Shown: positions 18,086 to 28,817, counted from the first letter of the stretch. The stretch: DNA of 64,000 nt from Nitrosotalea sp. (GCA_023252235.1 JAHEXH010000002.1:6031-70030); one strand, 5' to 3'. The notes: generated from the sequence alone by a model not told the origin. Translations and numbers: made by a program.

Positions 18086-18409
18086 CTATACCTCTTTTAG
18101 TAAAATATCAATTATTTCTTTAACGGTATGAGAATCAATTTTTGAAGAAATTGTTTTTGCCTTATTTTTTGCCTCTTCTACTATTTTTTCTGTTTCAGCA
18201 TTTGCTTTCTTTCTTGCTTGCTCCACAGATGATTCAACTAATTTTTCTCCATCTGATTTTGCAGTCGCAATTGATTGAGTAACATGAATTTCGAAATTTC
18301 TTAGTTCTTCTACTACTTTCTTCTTTTGTTCATCAATTTCTTTTTGAGTTTTCTCTTCTGCTTCTTTTATTTTTGTAAGTGAATGTACGTATTTTTCTGA
18401 TGTAGACAT
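18086..18409 (-). CDS. atpH: V/A-type ATP synthase subunit H/G (peripheral stalk)
   Basis: Charged coiled coil IKEAEEK...; located between D and I. Start at ATG 18409 after a GGGAG motif. Confidence 0.8.
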   Translation of the reverse strand: MSTSEKYVHSLTKIKEAEEKTQKEIDEQKKKVVEELRNFEIHVTQSIATAKSDGEKLVESSVEQARKKANAETEKIVEEAKNKAKTISSKIDSHTVKEIIDILLKEV

Positions 18410-18528
18410 TTTAAACTCCCCAAAAGTGCTTGCTTGCATATAGTGCCAAGCCAACTGTAGCAAGAATATTTCCTAGCTTAAATGCTCTGATTATCATAAA
18501 GAATTTCCTCTGTTGGGGATTTACAAAT

Positions 18529-19197
18529 CTAGGCAAGAATTTCTTTCTCCTTTTTCAGCATAGCTTCTTGTTCTCTTTCTCCCATCTTTCGCTTGACAGT
18601 CTTTAGCATCATGAAAGTATCTCGTTCCATCTCATCTAGTCTGAATATAATGAATTTGATTGCAGCTAGCAATCTTGGGATAAATACATTTTCAATAGCA
18701 TTAGATTTTCTTTTTGTTTTTTCAATCTCAAGTAATAATTTACGAAGTGTTGTTTCCTTTTCTGCAACATCAAGAACCATCTTGTGTACATTATGAAACG
18801 CCTTGATTGCTTCATTAATTGAAGGAGGTAATTCTAAGAGATGTTCTGTAAGCGCCTGATTACTTTTTCCACCTTCTATCTTTGGAATTCGAACACCCAT
18901 GACGTTCTTTGGAGTAATTTGCAATTTATTTAATTGGGGGATCTTCATGGCTTCATTTTCTAGTCTCATAGCGCCAGCAAGCATCTCAGCCATTCGAATG
19001 GCTTGATATCCTTTTACAAGTTCTGCTTGAAGGCCGCTTCTAAGTGAGGCTACACTCTTGCTTGTGTTAAAGAATTCCAAGATCAGTGCTTGTCGTTTTA
19101 GTTTTAATAATTTTAGACCTTTTTTTGCAACGATGATTCTTCTTTTTGTACGGATGTATTCAAGACGAGTTGGTCTAATGTTAATTACTGATGGCAA
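18529..19197 (-). CDS. atpD: V/A-type ATP synthase subunit D
   Basis: PTRLE, LLKLKRQAL, NVMGVRIP, KTKRKSNAIENVFIP. Confidence 0.96.
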   Translation of the reverse strand: MPSVINIRPTRLEYIRTKRRIIVAKKGLKLLKLKRQALILEFFNTSKSVASLRSGLQAELVKGYQAIRMAEMLAGAMRLENEAMKIPQLNKLQITPKNVMGVRIPKIEGGKSNQALTEHLLELPPSINEAIKAFHNVHKMVLDVAEKETTLRKLLLEIEKTKRKSNAIENVFIPRLLAAIKFIIFRLDEMERDTFMMLKTVKRKMGEREQEAMLKKEKEILA

Positions 19198-19199
19198 TT

Positions 19200-20588
19200 T
19201 TATGCACCTGCACCAGATTTCTTTCTGTATTTCTCTATGAATTCTGGCTTGATACGATTAAGTTCAGAGTCTGATAATTCACTTAGTAGTTCCCAGCCAA
19301 TATCCAAAGTTTGTTCAATTGAACGATTCTCATCCATTCCTTGGTTGACAAACTTTCTTTCAAAGTCATTAGCAACTTTCATGAATTTTCTATCAAGGTC
19401 ACTGAGAGCTTCCTCACCTACGATTGCAGCCAATGATCTTGCATCTTTACCCTGTGCATAAGAAGAGTAGAGCTGGTCTGCAAGACTTCGGTGATCTTCT
19501 CTTGTACTTCCTTTTCCGATACCTTGGTTCATCAAACGTGAAAGACTTGTCAATACATCTACTGGAGGATGAATGTCTCCTCTGTGCAAGTCTCTGCTCA
19601 TAACAATCTGTCCTTCTGTAATGTAACCAGTGAGATCTGGAATTGGGTGAGTGATATCATCTGCAGGCATGGTAAGAATTGGAATCTGAGTAACAGAGCC
19701 GTTTCTTCCCTTGATTTTTCCTGCTCTTTCGTATAATGATGACAAGTCAGTGTACATGTAACCAGGATATCCTCTTCGTCCTGGAACTTCTTCTCTTGCA
19801 GCAGAAATTTCTCTTAATGCTTCACAATAGTTAGTCATATCAGTCATAATTACAAGAACATGCATGTCTCTTTCATAAGCAAGATATTCTGCAGTAGTTA
19901 ATGCAAGTCTTGGAGTAAGTAGACGCTCCATGGATGGATCAGATGAGAGATTTAGAAATAATGCAGTTCTTCCAAGTGCACCACTTTCTTCAAATTGTTT
20001 TACGAAAAAGTTTGCCTCTTCACTTGTAATTCCCATTGCTGCAAAGACTACTGAAAAGTTCTCTGAACCTCCGAGAACTTTGGCCTGTCTTGCAATTTGT
20101 GCTGCAAGTAAATTGTGAGGAAGACCTGCTCCTGAGAATATTGGAAGCTTCTGACCTCTGACGAGAGTATTCATTCCGTCAATGTTAGACATACCAGTCT
20201 GGATGAATTCAGATGGTTCTTCTCTTGAATATGGATTAATACCGGAACCTACCAAGTCGACTTTAGTTTTAGAAACAATCTTTGGACCGTTATCTCTTGG
20301 ATTTCCAAGACCGTCAAACACACGACCTAACATTTCATCAGATACTGCAAGCTGTGCAGTCTCTCCAAGGAATCTTACTGATGTATCTCCTATGTTGAGA
20401 CCCAGTGTTGCACCAAAGACCTGTACAACTGCAAGACCTTGTCTTGTATCAAGAACTTGGCCCTGTCTTCTTTCACCATTTGGTAATTTGATCTCAACCA
20501 TTTCACCATAGGCTGCATTTTCTACACCCTCTACGAACATTAGAGGACCTGCAATCTTTGAAATTGTCTTGTATGAAATATCAGTCAT
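19200..20588 (-). CDS. atpB: V/A-type ATP synthase subunit B
   Basis: [44 protein letters not shown]. Confidence 0.98.
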   Translation of the reverse strand: MTDISYKTISKIAGPLMFVEGVENAAYGEMVEIKLPNGERRQGQVLDTRQGLAVVQVFGATLGLNIGDTSVRFLGETAQLAVSDEMLGRVFDGLGNPRDNGPKIVSKTKVDLVGSGINPYSREEPSEFIQTGMSNIDGMNTLVRGQKLPIFSGAGLPHNLLAAQIARQAKVLGGSENFSVVFAAMGITSEEANFFVKQFEESGALGRTALFLNLSSDPSMERLLTPRLALTTAEYLAYERDMHVLVIMTDMTNYCEALREISAAREEVPGRRGYPGYMYTDLSSLYERAGKIKGRNGSVTQIPILTMPADDITHPIPDLTGYITEGQIVMSRDLHRGDIHPPVDVLTSLSRLMNQGIGKGSTREDHRSLADQLYSSYAQGKDARSLAAIVGEEALSDLDRKFMKVANDFERKFVNQGMDENRSIEQTLDIGWELLSELSDSELNRIKPEFIEKYRKKSGAGA

Positions 20589-22352
20589 TTATCTTGTTGC
20601 CTCCGTTGATAATGTTGAAAATTCTTGTTGCATTTTGCTCTTTGTATCCTTTACTAGTTGTTCAACTTGATCTTCTTTTGTCCATTTAATTTTTGATATC
20701 ATCTTTCTTGATTCTAATTGACCTACCTTTACAGATGTGATTCCTTTCTTTATTGCATCTGCTTCCATCTTGCCAAATTCTAGGATTGTTGATAGCATTA
20801 AGAATTGTTTTCTGATTGATGTGTATGTATCTACATCATCATACGCACTCTGCTGTAGATAGTCTTCTCTGATTGATCTTGCAGTATCTAACACCCCCTT
20901 TTCTGGTTCTGGAAGTGCATCATAACCGACAAGCTGGACAATTTCTTGTAATTCAGATTCTTTTTGTAAAATTTCAAGTGCTTCTTTTCTTGATGCAATC
21001 CATGTTGCAGATACATTATTCTTGTACCAGTCTCCCATACCGTCTGCGTATAGTGAATAGCTAGTTAGCCAGTTAATTGATGGGAAATGTCTTCTTGATG
21101 CCAAGCTTGCGTCAAGTGCCCAGAAAACTCTAGTTACTCTAAGTGTGTTTTGAGATACTGGCTCTGAAAAGTCACCACCAGGTGGAGACACTGCACCTAC
21201 AAGCGTAAGAGAACCAACACGTTCTTCAGGTGAGATAACAACTGCTTTTCCACCTCTTTCATAAAATTCTGCTAGTCTTCTACCAAGATAAGCTGGATAA
21301 CCTTCTTCACCTGGCATTTCTTCTAGTCTACCAGAAATTTCTCTGAGTGCTTCTGCCCATCTTGAAGTACTGTCTGCCATTAATGCAACACCATATCCCA
21401 TATCACGATAGTATTCTCCCATCGTAATGCCAGTGTAGATGCTTGCTTCACGTGCAGCTACTGGCATGTTAGAAGTATTAGCAACAAGAATTGTACGCTC
21501 CATCAATGGTCTCTTTGACTTGGGGTCTTCGAGTTTTGGGAATGTTGTAAGAACCTCAGTCATTTCGTTTCCTCTTTCTCCACAACCTACATAGACAATC
21601 ACATTACTGTCTGCCCATTTTGCAAGTTGCTGTTGAGTTACTGTCTTTCCACTTCCAAATGGACCTGGAATTGCAGCTGTACCACCTTTTGCAACTGGGA
21701 AGAAAGTATCAAGTACTCTTTGTCCAGTAAGCAATGGTTCCTCCGGAGGTAACTTGCGAAGAACTGGTCTTGGAGTTCGTACAGTCCACCAACTTGACAG
21801 ACCAATCTCTGTCTTGGTTCCATTTTGTATAGTTGCGACAATATCATTAACAGTATACTTGCCTTCAGAAATATCAGTCAGTGTTCCTTTAACGTTGTAA
21901 GGAACCATTATTTTGTGCATGATAAGTGGAGTTTCTTGAACTTCACCAATTATTTCTCCAGGAGAAACATGATCTCCTTTCTTCTTTAATGGAACAAAGT
22001 CCCACTTTATGGTCTGGTCAAGTGCTGGAATGACTTTTCCTCTGCTGATAAAGTCACCACTTTGTTCTCTTAGAACATCTAGTGGTCTTTGAATACCATC
22101 ATAAATTGACTTTAGTAAACCTGGTCCAAGCTGCATTGAGAGTGGTCTTTTTGTATTGACTACCTTCTCTCCTGGACGAAGACCAGTTGTATCTTCATAA
22201 ACTTGAACTGTTGCCTTGGTTCCTTCAATTCTAATTATTTCTCCTACTAGTCCCATATCACCAATACGGACTACATCGAACATTTGTGCGCCTTCTAGGC
22301 CACTTGCGATTACTACAGGACCTGAGATTCTTGAGATTATTCCTTCAGCCAT
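20589..22352 (-). CDS. atpA: V/A-type ATP synthase subunit A
   Basis: P-loop GPFGSGKT, GCGERGNE, EMPGEEGYPAYL; no intein (587 aa). Confidence 0.98.
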   Translation of the reverse strand: MAEGIISRISGPVVIASGLEGAQMFDVVRIGDMGLVGEIIRIEGTKATVQVYEDTTGLRPGEKVVNTKRPLSMQLGPGLLKSIYDGIQRPLDVLREQSGDFISRGKVIPALDQTIKWDFVPLKKKGDHVSPGEIIGEVQETPLIMHKIMVPYNVKGTLTDISEGKYTVNDIVATIQNGTKTEIGLSSWWTVRTPRPVLRKLPPEEPLLTGQRVLDTFFPVAKGGTAAIPGPFGSGKTVTQQQLAKWADSNVIVYVGCGERGNEMTEVLTTFPKLEDPKSKRPLMERTILVANTSNMPVAAREASIYTGITMGEYYRDMGYGVALMADSTSRWAEALREISGRLEEMPGEEGYPAYLGRRLAEFYERGGKAVVISPEERVGSLTLVGAVSPPGGDFSEPVSQNTLRVTRVFWALDASLASRRHFPSINWLTSYSLYADGMGDWYKNNVSATWIASRKEALEILQKESELQEIVQLVGYDALPEPEKGVLDTARSIREDYLQQSAYDDVDTYTSIRKQFLMLSTILEFGKMEADAIKKGITSVKVGQLESRKMISKIKWTKEDQVEQLVKDTKSKMQQEFSTLSTEATR

Positions 22353-22361
22353 TTATCATCA

Positions 22362-22700
22362 TCAACTCGAGGGGATACTTATTCCTAACACTCTCTTTGC
22401 TAGTACGGCTATAGATTCTTCTTGAATATTACCTTGTAAAGCAGGCATAAATATCACCAAAGGCTCGATCGAGGCCTCGATCTTCTTTCTAAAGATCGCA
22501 GGAAGACTACTTCGAACGGCATCACTTACAATAATTAGACTATAGTTACCGGATGCAAAGAGATCTTGGATTGTTTTGCTTGCCTCTTCGCCACTTGTAA
22601 TGAAGGTATCTTCTATTCCTAGAAGATTATATCCAATAGCAAGTTCTCGTTCGCCTACTACGGCTATTTTTCCAGTGGTTTCAGATTGTTGTTTTGACAT
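22362..22700 (-). CDS. atpF: V/A-type ATP synthase subunit F
   Basis: KIAVVGERELAIGYNLLG; operon position. Confidence 0.92.
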   Translation of the reverse strand: MSKQQSETTGKIAVVGERELAIGYNLLGIEDTFITSGEEASKTIQDLFASGNYSLIIVSDAVRSSLPAIFRKKIEASIEPLVIFMPALQGNIQEESIAVLAKRVLGISIPSS

Positions 22701-22704
22701 TTTC

Positions 22705-23772
22705 TCACTCTATTAGTAATAATGAATTGATGTATTCTGAAGACAGGTTATAGCGTTTACCATAAGCGATCCTTTTGATATTTTCTCGCTCGTGTTCTGT
22801 GTTAATGATAAAGTAGAATATAGTACCAATTGAAAGTGCAATATTTTTCAATTTTTTGACATATTCGGAATTTATGAATTTATCCAATGCAACTTCAAAG
22901 TCAATCAGACTCTTTGATTGCTTGTATTGTGCCAGTGCATTAACTAACATGAATCTGTTTTCTATTCTGCCGACAATTTCGGCCACATCTTTTGCTCCAT
23001 AGACATCTAGCAATTCATTTTTAGGCATTTTACCACCCTCGACTAGATGTTTGCTTACAATATCTTTGTCAAGATCAGATTCTTTAGCTTTGAGAAGACT
23101 GAGAACATTCTTCTTGTCTATCTCTGCTCTTACAAGGTCTCGAATTATTCCCTCATCACCTTGGAAGAACTTGAGTGATTCTAGTAAATTATGATAATAG
23201 AAAGACTGGAGTGCAGACATCATAGGTCCAAGATCGCCAGTCTTTTGGTATGTTTCAAGGTGCTGCATCAAAACTGTTCCATAATTGTATTTTACAAGTT
23301 GATTTACAACGCCATCAACTCCAGTCTGGGATAAAATTATCTTCATCTCATCATGGGAGATATTTCCGGCAGAGATTCCTGCAGGAACATTTCTGCTTGA
23401 GACAAGAAATGATTCTGTCTCGGAGATTGGTCTTCCCATGCTCTTTGCAGAAAGTATTAGTTCAATGTTGTAAATATCCCATTTTGAAAGATATGCCCGA
23501 ACAGCAGACTTGCCACTAAATGGAGTTGCTTCCAATGCAGTCTTGTTGATATATACAAGATGTCTGTTAAGTGCAACTTCCAATAGTTCAGATTGCTTGA
23601 AGATTGATGCTGCCTTTTCAATTTCTGGTTTATACCAAGTGGACTCGAGTGTTTTTACCATCTCGGTTTCGTCTTTTGCCTTCATTAGATTTTGCATTAC
23701 ATCCTTCGAAAGAAGGTTAAGTGAAATTGCTTGTAGTCTACCAAATGATGATGCGTATTGTGATGTTGGCAT
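22705..23772 (-). CDS. atpC: V/A-type ATP synthase subunit C (d)
   Basis: WDIYNI, EIDKKN, EHERENIKRIAYG; size and position. Confidence 0.92.
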   Translation of the reverse strand: MPTSQYASSFGRLQAISLNLLSKDVMQNLMKAKDETEMVKTLESTWYKPEIEKAASIFKQSELLEVALNRHLVYINKTALEATPFSGKSAVRAYLSKWDIYNIELILSAKSMGRPISETESFLVSSRNVPAGISAGNISHDEMKIILSQTGVDGVVNQLVKYNYGTVLMQHLETYQKTGDLGPMMSALQSFYYHNLLESLKFFQGDEGIIRDLVRAEIDKKNVLSLLKAKESDLDKDIVSKHLVEGGKMPKNELLDVYGAKDVAEIVGRIENRFMLVNALAQYKQSKSLIDFEVALDKFINSEYVKKLKNIALSIGTIFYFIINTEHERENIKRIAYGKRYNLSSEYINSLLLIE

Positions 23773-24326
23773 TACATTTTCTCCGAGAGGAAGCTCTTGA
23801 CTTGGTCTTCATTGGTTCTAAGTAGTTCTTCAAAAGTAAGGTCCAATTCTCTTGTTCCTTCTTTGTTTTCTACAATGATTCCACCAAGAGTCTTAATTGA
23901 CTTGCTTGTGGTTACTCCAAGTTCTTTGAGAATTGATTTGTCTTCTTCTCGGCAATGAACTATAATATTTTGACCAAGTTTCTTTTTTGAATTGCTAATC
24001 ATGGTTTCAAGAGCTTTCTTGTACTGTGAACTCTTTGTGTAATTTTCTATCTCTTGTTGGATTACGGCAAAGGCAGATTGCATGTTTGCATTTATGGCAT
24101 CAAACATGATCTTCTTTGCTTGGAGCTTTGAAGCTTCGATTATTCTGGCTTGTTCTCTTTCTGACTTTACTTTAGCTTCAGTTGAAAAACGTTCTTGAAT
24201 CTCTTTGATAGTGTGATTCATCTCGGCTTGGAGCTTTGACTTTTTTTCTGTTAGATCTTTTTCAAGACCGTCAATCTCTTTTCGTTTTCTATTCTCTATC
24301 TCCTGAATGAACGTTTCAATGCTCAT
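23772..24326 (-). CDS. atpE: V/A-type ATP synthase subunit E
   Basis: Coiled N-terminus; LGGIIVENKEGTRELDLTFE. Confidence 0.9.
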   Translation of the reverse strand: MSIETFIQEIENRKRKEIDGLEKDLTEKKSKLQAEMNHTIKEIQERFSTEAKVKSEREQARIIEASKLQAKKIMFDAINANMQSAFAVIQQEIENYTKSSQYKKALETMISNSKKKLGQNIIVHCREEDKSILKELGVTTSKSIKTLGGIIVENKEGTRELDLTFEELLRTNEDQVKSFLSEKM

Positions 24327-24338
24327 TACTGAAAACCA

Positions 24339-24683
24339 CTATAGTATGCCCAGTAGCAATATGATTCCTAATACGAAACCAATGATCCAAAGAGTTTCTG
24401 GAATGACAAAGAAGAATAATACCTGACCAAACTTCTCTGGTTTCTCAGCAATAATACCCATACCAGCAGCACCAATACCCTGTTGTGCATTACCAGTACC
24501 AATAAGACCACCTGCGATTGCAATTGCGGCTGCAATTGCTAAAAGTGGTTTTGTTAATCCGCTACTAGCAGGAGAACTTTCGGCAGCAAATGCGGGAGTA
24601 GTTGACACGAATGTTGATAGTGCGATTGTCAATCCCGCAGCTATAACTAAGAGCGACAATTTTGAACGCTTGTTAAGCACCAT
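24339..24683 (-). CDS. atpK: V/A-type ATP synthase proteolipid K (c), single hairpin with signal-like leader
   Basis: AQQGIGAAGMGIIAEKPE...IPETLW (ion-binding Glu). Start could be 24683, 24686 or 24689. Confidence 0.93.
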   Translation of the reverse strand: MVLNKRSKLSLLVIAAGLTIALSTFVSTTPAFAAESSPASSGLTKPLLAIAAAIAIAGGLIGTGNAQQGIGAAGMGIIAEKPEKFGQVLFFFVIPETLWIIGFVLGIILLLGIL

Positions 24684-24794
24684 CACCAAGGCTCATTGAA
24701 AGAGGCTATATTAATCTAATTCTTGCAAAGTAAATTTCATATTTTTAAAATCAACAAAGGTGCGATCATCGTACATTATTTTATAATATTTAGA

Positions 24795-25580
24795 TCAGGT
24801 TTTGGAAATTTTTATTGGCAGATCAAGTTTGTTTCCCCACTCGCCCCATGAACCAAGATAGACCTTGACATTTTTGAAACCAAGAATTTTGAGTGCCAGA
24901 AAAGAATTTGCTGCGCGATATCCTCCCTGACAATATGTTACAATTTCATCATCCTTCGAAAAATTATACATCTTGGCAAGATCTTCATTTGATTTCATTG
25001 TACCATCGTCATTGACATTTAGCATCCAATCAATATTGATGGCAGTTGGAATGTGTCCCTTTCTTGCAGCCCGGATTGTAACTCCATCGTATTCATCTTT
25101 ACTTCTTGCATCAAGAAGCCTGATTTTGCCTATCTTTTTGTTGACGTGTTCATAACTTGCAATTACATCCTTGTTAATCTTGCCTGAAAATTTTGCTGGC
25201 TTGAATCCATTTGTCTTGGTTTCTGTAACAAGACCAAGACTCTTCCATTTTTTAAATCCCCCATCAAGCATGAATGTGTTAGGATGTGAAAAGTACATCA
25301 GGGTCCAGACGCCTCTTGCTGCACTCATTCCTGAAACTTCATCATAGAATACAACTGTCTTGTCATTTGTCACACCCAAAAAAGAGAGGAGGTTCTCCAT
25401 CTGTTTCTCAAATGCCTTTATTCCATCTTTTGAGGTATCAGACCAATGATAATAGAAAAAATCAAGATTTACAGCGCCTGGAATATGTCCTTCCAAGTAA
25501 TCTTTGTATGATCTTGAATCAACAAGAATGAGATCTGGTTTTTCAATCTTCTTTAGCAATTCATCAGATGAAATTAGCAT
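24795..25580 (-). CDS. Two-domain rhodanese sulfurtransferase (SseA/TST type)
   Basis: GHIPGA twice, active loop YCQGGYR, YLGSWGEW. Confidence 0.95.
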   Translation of the reverse strand: MLISSDELLKKIEKPDLILVDSRSYKDYLEGHIPGAVNLDFFYYHWSDTSKDGIKAFEKQMENLLSFLGVTNDKTVVFYDEVSGMSAARGVWTLMYFSHPNTFMLDGGFKKWKSLGLVTETKTNGFKPAKFSGKINKDVIASYEHVNKKIGKIRLLDARSKDEYDGVTIRAARKGHIPTAINIDWMLNVNDDGTMKSNEDLAKMYNFSKDDEIVTYCQGGYRAANSFLALKILGFKNVKVYLGSWGEWGNKLDLPIKISKT

Positions 25581-25840
25581 ATTTCACATCTAAAGCAAGG
25601 GTAATGTAAATCCCTTTCACATTTGTCTAGTGAATAAAATGAAAACATTTTGGAATTTTTTCATAAATTCATGCAGATCATATTTGAAGAAAAATTAAAT
25701 TGTTATAATTTTTACATATCACAAATTCTTATATCTTGGTAAAATAGGATAATATCACAAAATGGAAATTCTAGATTATCAAACTATGAAAATTTGCGAG
25801 TTTGCGATACAAGAATCATTTTAAAAAAATAGTGAATAGC

Positions 25841-26521
25841 ATGACCAAAATAAAAAAGCAAATACCAAATCTATCAGTTTTTCAGACCTTTAAGACAAAG
25901 GACAAGGAATTCACAGGAGAAGCGATGCGACAACGTGGAATAATTATTCATCTTGCAGCAGAGACCTTGCCAACTAGAAAGACACGCACTGCTATTGCAC
26001 ACAAGCTTGCTGAACAAAACGGAACTACCTGGCAAAATATCTATTCTGGAATTTTTAGAGATTTGGATGAGGTTCTTCTTCCTCTTGGACTAGTGGAGGA
26101 ATCTGGAAGACTGCCAATAAAGCGTGGCCCAAAAGCACTTCAAGAGCAAGGAGTTCCATACTACCAACTAACCGACAGCGGTTTGCTTGTTGCTGCTTCT
26201 GTATCAGGGACAGACAAGGAAAGAATTCAAATCATGAATAATTTTCTTGAAAAAGATTCTAACACAAAGGAGAAGGATCTGAAGAGTGCAATTATTACAC
26301 TACTGGGTATTGCACCAAATTTTGTTTCTCTAGTATTGAGAAGATATGTAGAATCATACAGTGACGGAAAGATCGATAAACTTGTCCCATTCAATACAGA
26401 ACACATCAAAAAGGCCTTTGATGACACATTAAATATTCAAAGGGAGTTATTGGAGGGGTTTTCGTCTTTATCTAATTACGATAGGGAACCAATCATAAAC
26501 TTCCTCAAGAAAGTAGGCTAG
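25841..26521 (+). CDS. Hypothetical protein, probable winged-helix DNA-binding N-terminus
   Basis: TRTAIAHKL...LGLVEESG...YYQLTDSG resembles a wHTH wing; ATG 25841. Confidence 0.6.
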   Translation: MTKIKKQIPNLSVFQTFKTKDKEFTGEAMRQRGIIIHLAAETLPTRKTRTAIAHKLAEQNGTTWQNIYSGIFRDLDEVLLPLGLVEESGRLPIKRGPKALQEQGVPYYQLTDSGLLVAASVSGTDKERIQIMNNFLEKDSNTKEKDLKSAIITLLGIAPNFVSLVLRRYVESYSDGKIDKLVPFNTEHIKKAFDDTLNIQRELLEGFSSLSNYDREPIINFLKKVG

Positions 26522-26618
26522 TCTCAATAATAATTAAAATCCCTTTCCAAAAGAGCTTGATAATATTGATAATGTCATCTAAAGCCGCTTCTGATAAGTC
26601 ATGTCATATTGAAAAAAC

Positions 26619-27194
26619 GTGATTAAGATGGTAGACGAACTAATTGACAATGTAATGTACTTGATAGATTCTAAGAAGGGAGACGTTGGAAGACTCAACT
26701 ATATTCTAAGTGCATTACAAGACGGTAAACCACTTTACAATTCTGATAAAGAATATCTTGATTCATTGCTATCAACATACATGAGATCCTCAAAGAAAAG
26801 ATCTGGAGATCAAAAATCTGTTGAAGAGCTTAAAGCAGAGCTTGCAAGAGTAAAAGAGAGATTAGAAAAGGTAGAGAAACGAGGATATAAGAAACCTGTT
26901 GGAAGAAAAGCGGTATTTTTCTTTGTAACATTCTTCTTTGGATGGCATGCTGTTACAACACTAATCAGCGAGAAATTCCTTCATGATGTTCAAGATATTA
27001 ATCCGTATCTTTTCCCTCTGTATTATCTAGAAAAGATAATCCCAGGACAATATCTTGACTATGTATCCCAGATTGGTCTTAGTATACCAAAGATTGTAGT
27101 GCTTGCATGGGGAACAATGATGTTTACTTGGATAATACTTGGTTTTATTTATCTTGTAAAGTTCATTCGTTCAAGATACAACCCTAATCGTTAA
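26619..27194 (+). CDS. Hypothetical membrane protein (coiled coil plus 2 TM)
   Basis: GDVGRLNYI..LYNSDKEYL N-terminal module; two hydrophobic segments. Confidence 0.7.
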   Translation: MIKMVDELIDNVMYLIDSKKGDVGRLNYILSALQDGKPLYNSDKEYLDSLLSTYMRSSKKRSGDQKSVEELKAELARVKERLEKVEKRGYKKPVGRKAVFFFVTFFFGWHAVTTLISEKFLHDVQDINPYLFPLYYLEKIIPGQYLDYVSQIGLSIPKIVVLAWGTMMFTWIILGFIYLVKFIRSRYNPNR

Positions 27195-27204
27195 AATCTA
27201 ATTT

Positions 27205-27762
27205 TTATTTTGTAAAATCAAAATTTTTAGAGTAGCTTTGCCCTGCAAAAGGCGAATGTGTTGAATAATAAACTGTTCCTGCAATTCGAATCTTTCCAGT
27301 ATCACTTTGTAGTGCTGACCAAGCCTGCGGGTTATTTCCATCATTAGTTAATTGTGCCTTGTTTGTAATTGTTTCAGAATTATGCTGTGTAAGGGGCAAG
27401 TATGTTGAACTCTCCGAAGATCCCTCATATTTTTGTCCATACTGACCATGACCAAGCTGAATGCCATTTACATAAACATCATAGCTTAGCATTTCAATAA
27501 TCAAAGTATTGTCATTTGTATTTGTCAGATTAAATTTAGTCTCTATTGTTGCATCTCTATTTGTAACTGATAGTATGGATGAGCCATTGTATTGTACGTC
27601 AAGTGGTTTTACTTCAGTTAGTACAGATGTTAATGCAGATGGTGTATTGATATTATGTGGTATCACATTTTTAAGAATACCAGAGCTTGGAAGAATGGCA
27701 ACAACAGCAAGTATTGCAATCAAAACTCCTATAGCAACATAAACTAAAACTTTCTTCTCCAA
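27205..27762 (-). CDS. Membrane-anchored LEA_2/WHy-like domain protein
   Basis: N-terminal TM; FNLTNTND..LSYDVYVNGIQLGHG pattern. Confidence 0.7.
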   Translation of the reverse strand: MEKKVLVYVAIGVLIAILAVVAILPSSGILKNVIPHNINTPSALTSVLTEVKPLDVQYNGSSILSVTNRDATIETKFNLTNTNDNTLIIEMLSYDVYVNGIQLGHGQYGQKYEGSSESSTYLPLTQHNSETITNKAQLTNDGNNPQAWSALQSDTGKIRIAGTVYYSTHSPFAGQSYSKNFDFTK

Positions 27763-27838
27763 GGATGTTTCTACTAATTGTTCAATTCTTAAATGTTGAG
27801 TTGAAAACTCTTATAGTAAAAGTCTCAAAAGAAAATCT

Positions 27839-28153
27839 ATGCAATATCATCAAGCAATCAGAATAGGTCAGGAAAGATCAAGAAAATCACAGATGACTCT
27901 ATTCTCACATGCAGGTTTTGCCATGCTTACACTTACTGTAAAAAAATCTCAAGGAGTATTTGTTCCAGTAGGAGAACAAGAACTTGTGGCTGCAATTGAA
28001 AAACCAGAAGGTTGGCTTGTGGTAATAGTTGATGAAGAAGGATATGCAAAGTCGCAATCTAAAATTCTCAAGGAAGATGAAGCAAAAGAAATTTTGAAGA
28101 AAGCTACTTCTGCAGGAATTCCGCAATACGATGGACAGATCAGACTAGTGTAA
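27839..28153 (+). CDS. Hypothetical protein
   Basis: Clean 104-aa ORF filling the gap; TATA-like ttatag upstream. Confidence 0.65.
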   Translation: MQYHQAIRIGQERSRKSQMTLFSHAGFAMLTLTVKKSQGVFVPVGEQELVAAIEKPEGWLVVIVDEEGYAKSQSKILKEDEAKEILKKATSAGIPQYDGQIRLV

Positions 28154-28817
28154 TTTCAGTGCCCTCTGGGCTTCCTTTGAATACCTTTTCTAATGTCTTG
28201 ATGTCTGCCTTGAGTATCCTTGTTTTCAGTTTAGAGCGCTCTATGACTTTTAGTGCGACAATGTCCATCAGGTCATATCCTCCTGCTACAGAATCCTGAT
28301 GAACAAGCATGGAACGCAGTTTCTTTATTGGAATTTTTTTGAATTTAGTTGCATTCTTGTTTTTATTTGGATCAGAATCATATACGCCGTCAACATCTGT
28401 GGCATTCAAAAATATGCTTGATCGTACCTTTTCTGCAATGAGTGCAGCAGTAGCATTTGTGCTCTGTCCTGGATGAAGACCGCCTGTAACAACAATCAAT
28501 CCAGTATCTGCAGCGTTTGCTACTTCTTTTAGATTAACTGGAGGATGAGGATATGCTTTTTCTTGTAATGCGTAGATCAAAAGTTTTGCATTAAGCCTTG
28601 ATACTTCGATTCCAAGCTCATCAAGGGTTGATTCATCTGCTCCAGAGGATCTCGCATGGGTGATGTAATGTCTTGCAATTTTTCCGCCGCCTGCAATTAT
28701 GATTGGCTGACAGATTTTACTTATCCTAACAAAAAACTCTGCATATTGCTTTAGAGTTTTTGCATCTTCAAGACCAAACAAACTTCCAGATAATTTTATT
28801 ACAATTCTTTTTTTCAT
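28140..28817 (-). CDS. pyrH: UMP kinase
   Basis: [33 protein letters not shown]. Confidence 0.96.
   Translation of the reverse strand: MKKRIVIKLSGSLFGLEDAKTLKQYAEFFVRISKICQPIIIAGGGKIARHYITHARSSGADESTLDELGIEVSRLNAKLLIYALQEKAYPHPPVNLKEVANAADTGLIVVTGGLHPGQSTNATAALIAEKVRSSIFLNATDVDGVYDSDPNKNKNATKFKKIPIKKLRSMLVHQDSVAGGYDLMDIVALKVIERSKLKTRILKADIKTLEKVFKGSPEGTEITLV

Noticed and set aside
20589-22352. Intein in ATPase subunit A
   Set aside because: Normal length; continuous sequence across the P-loop and GCGER regions.
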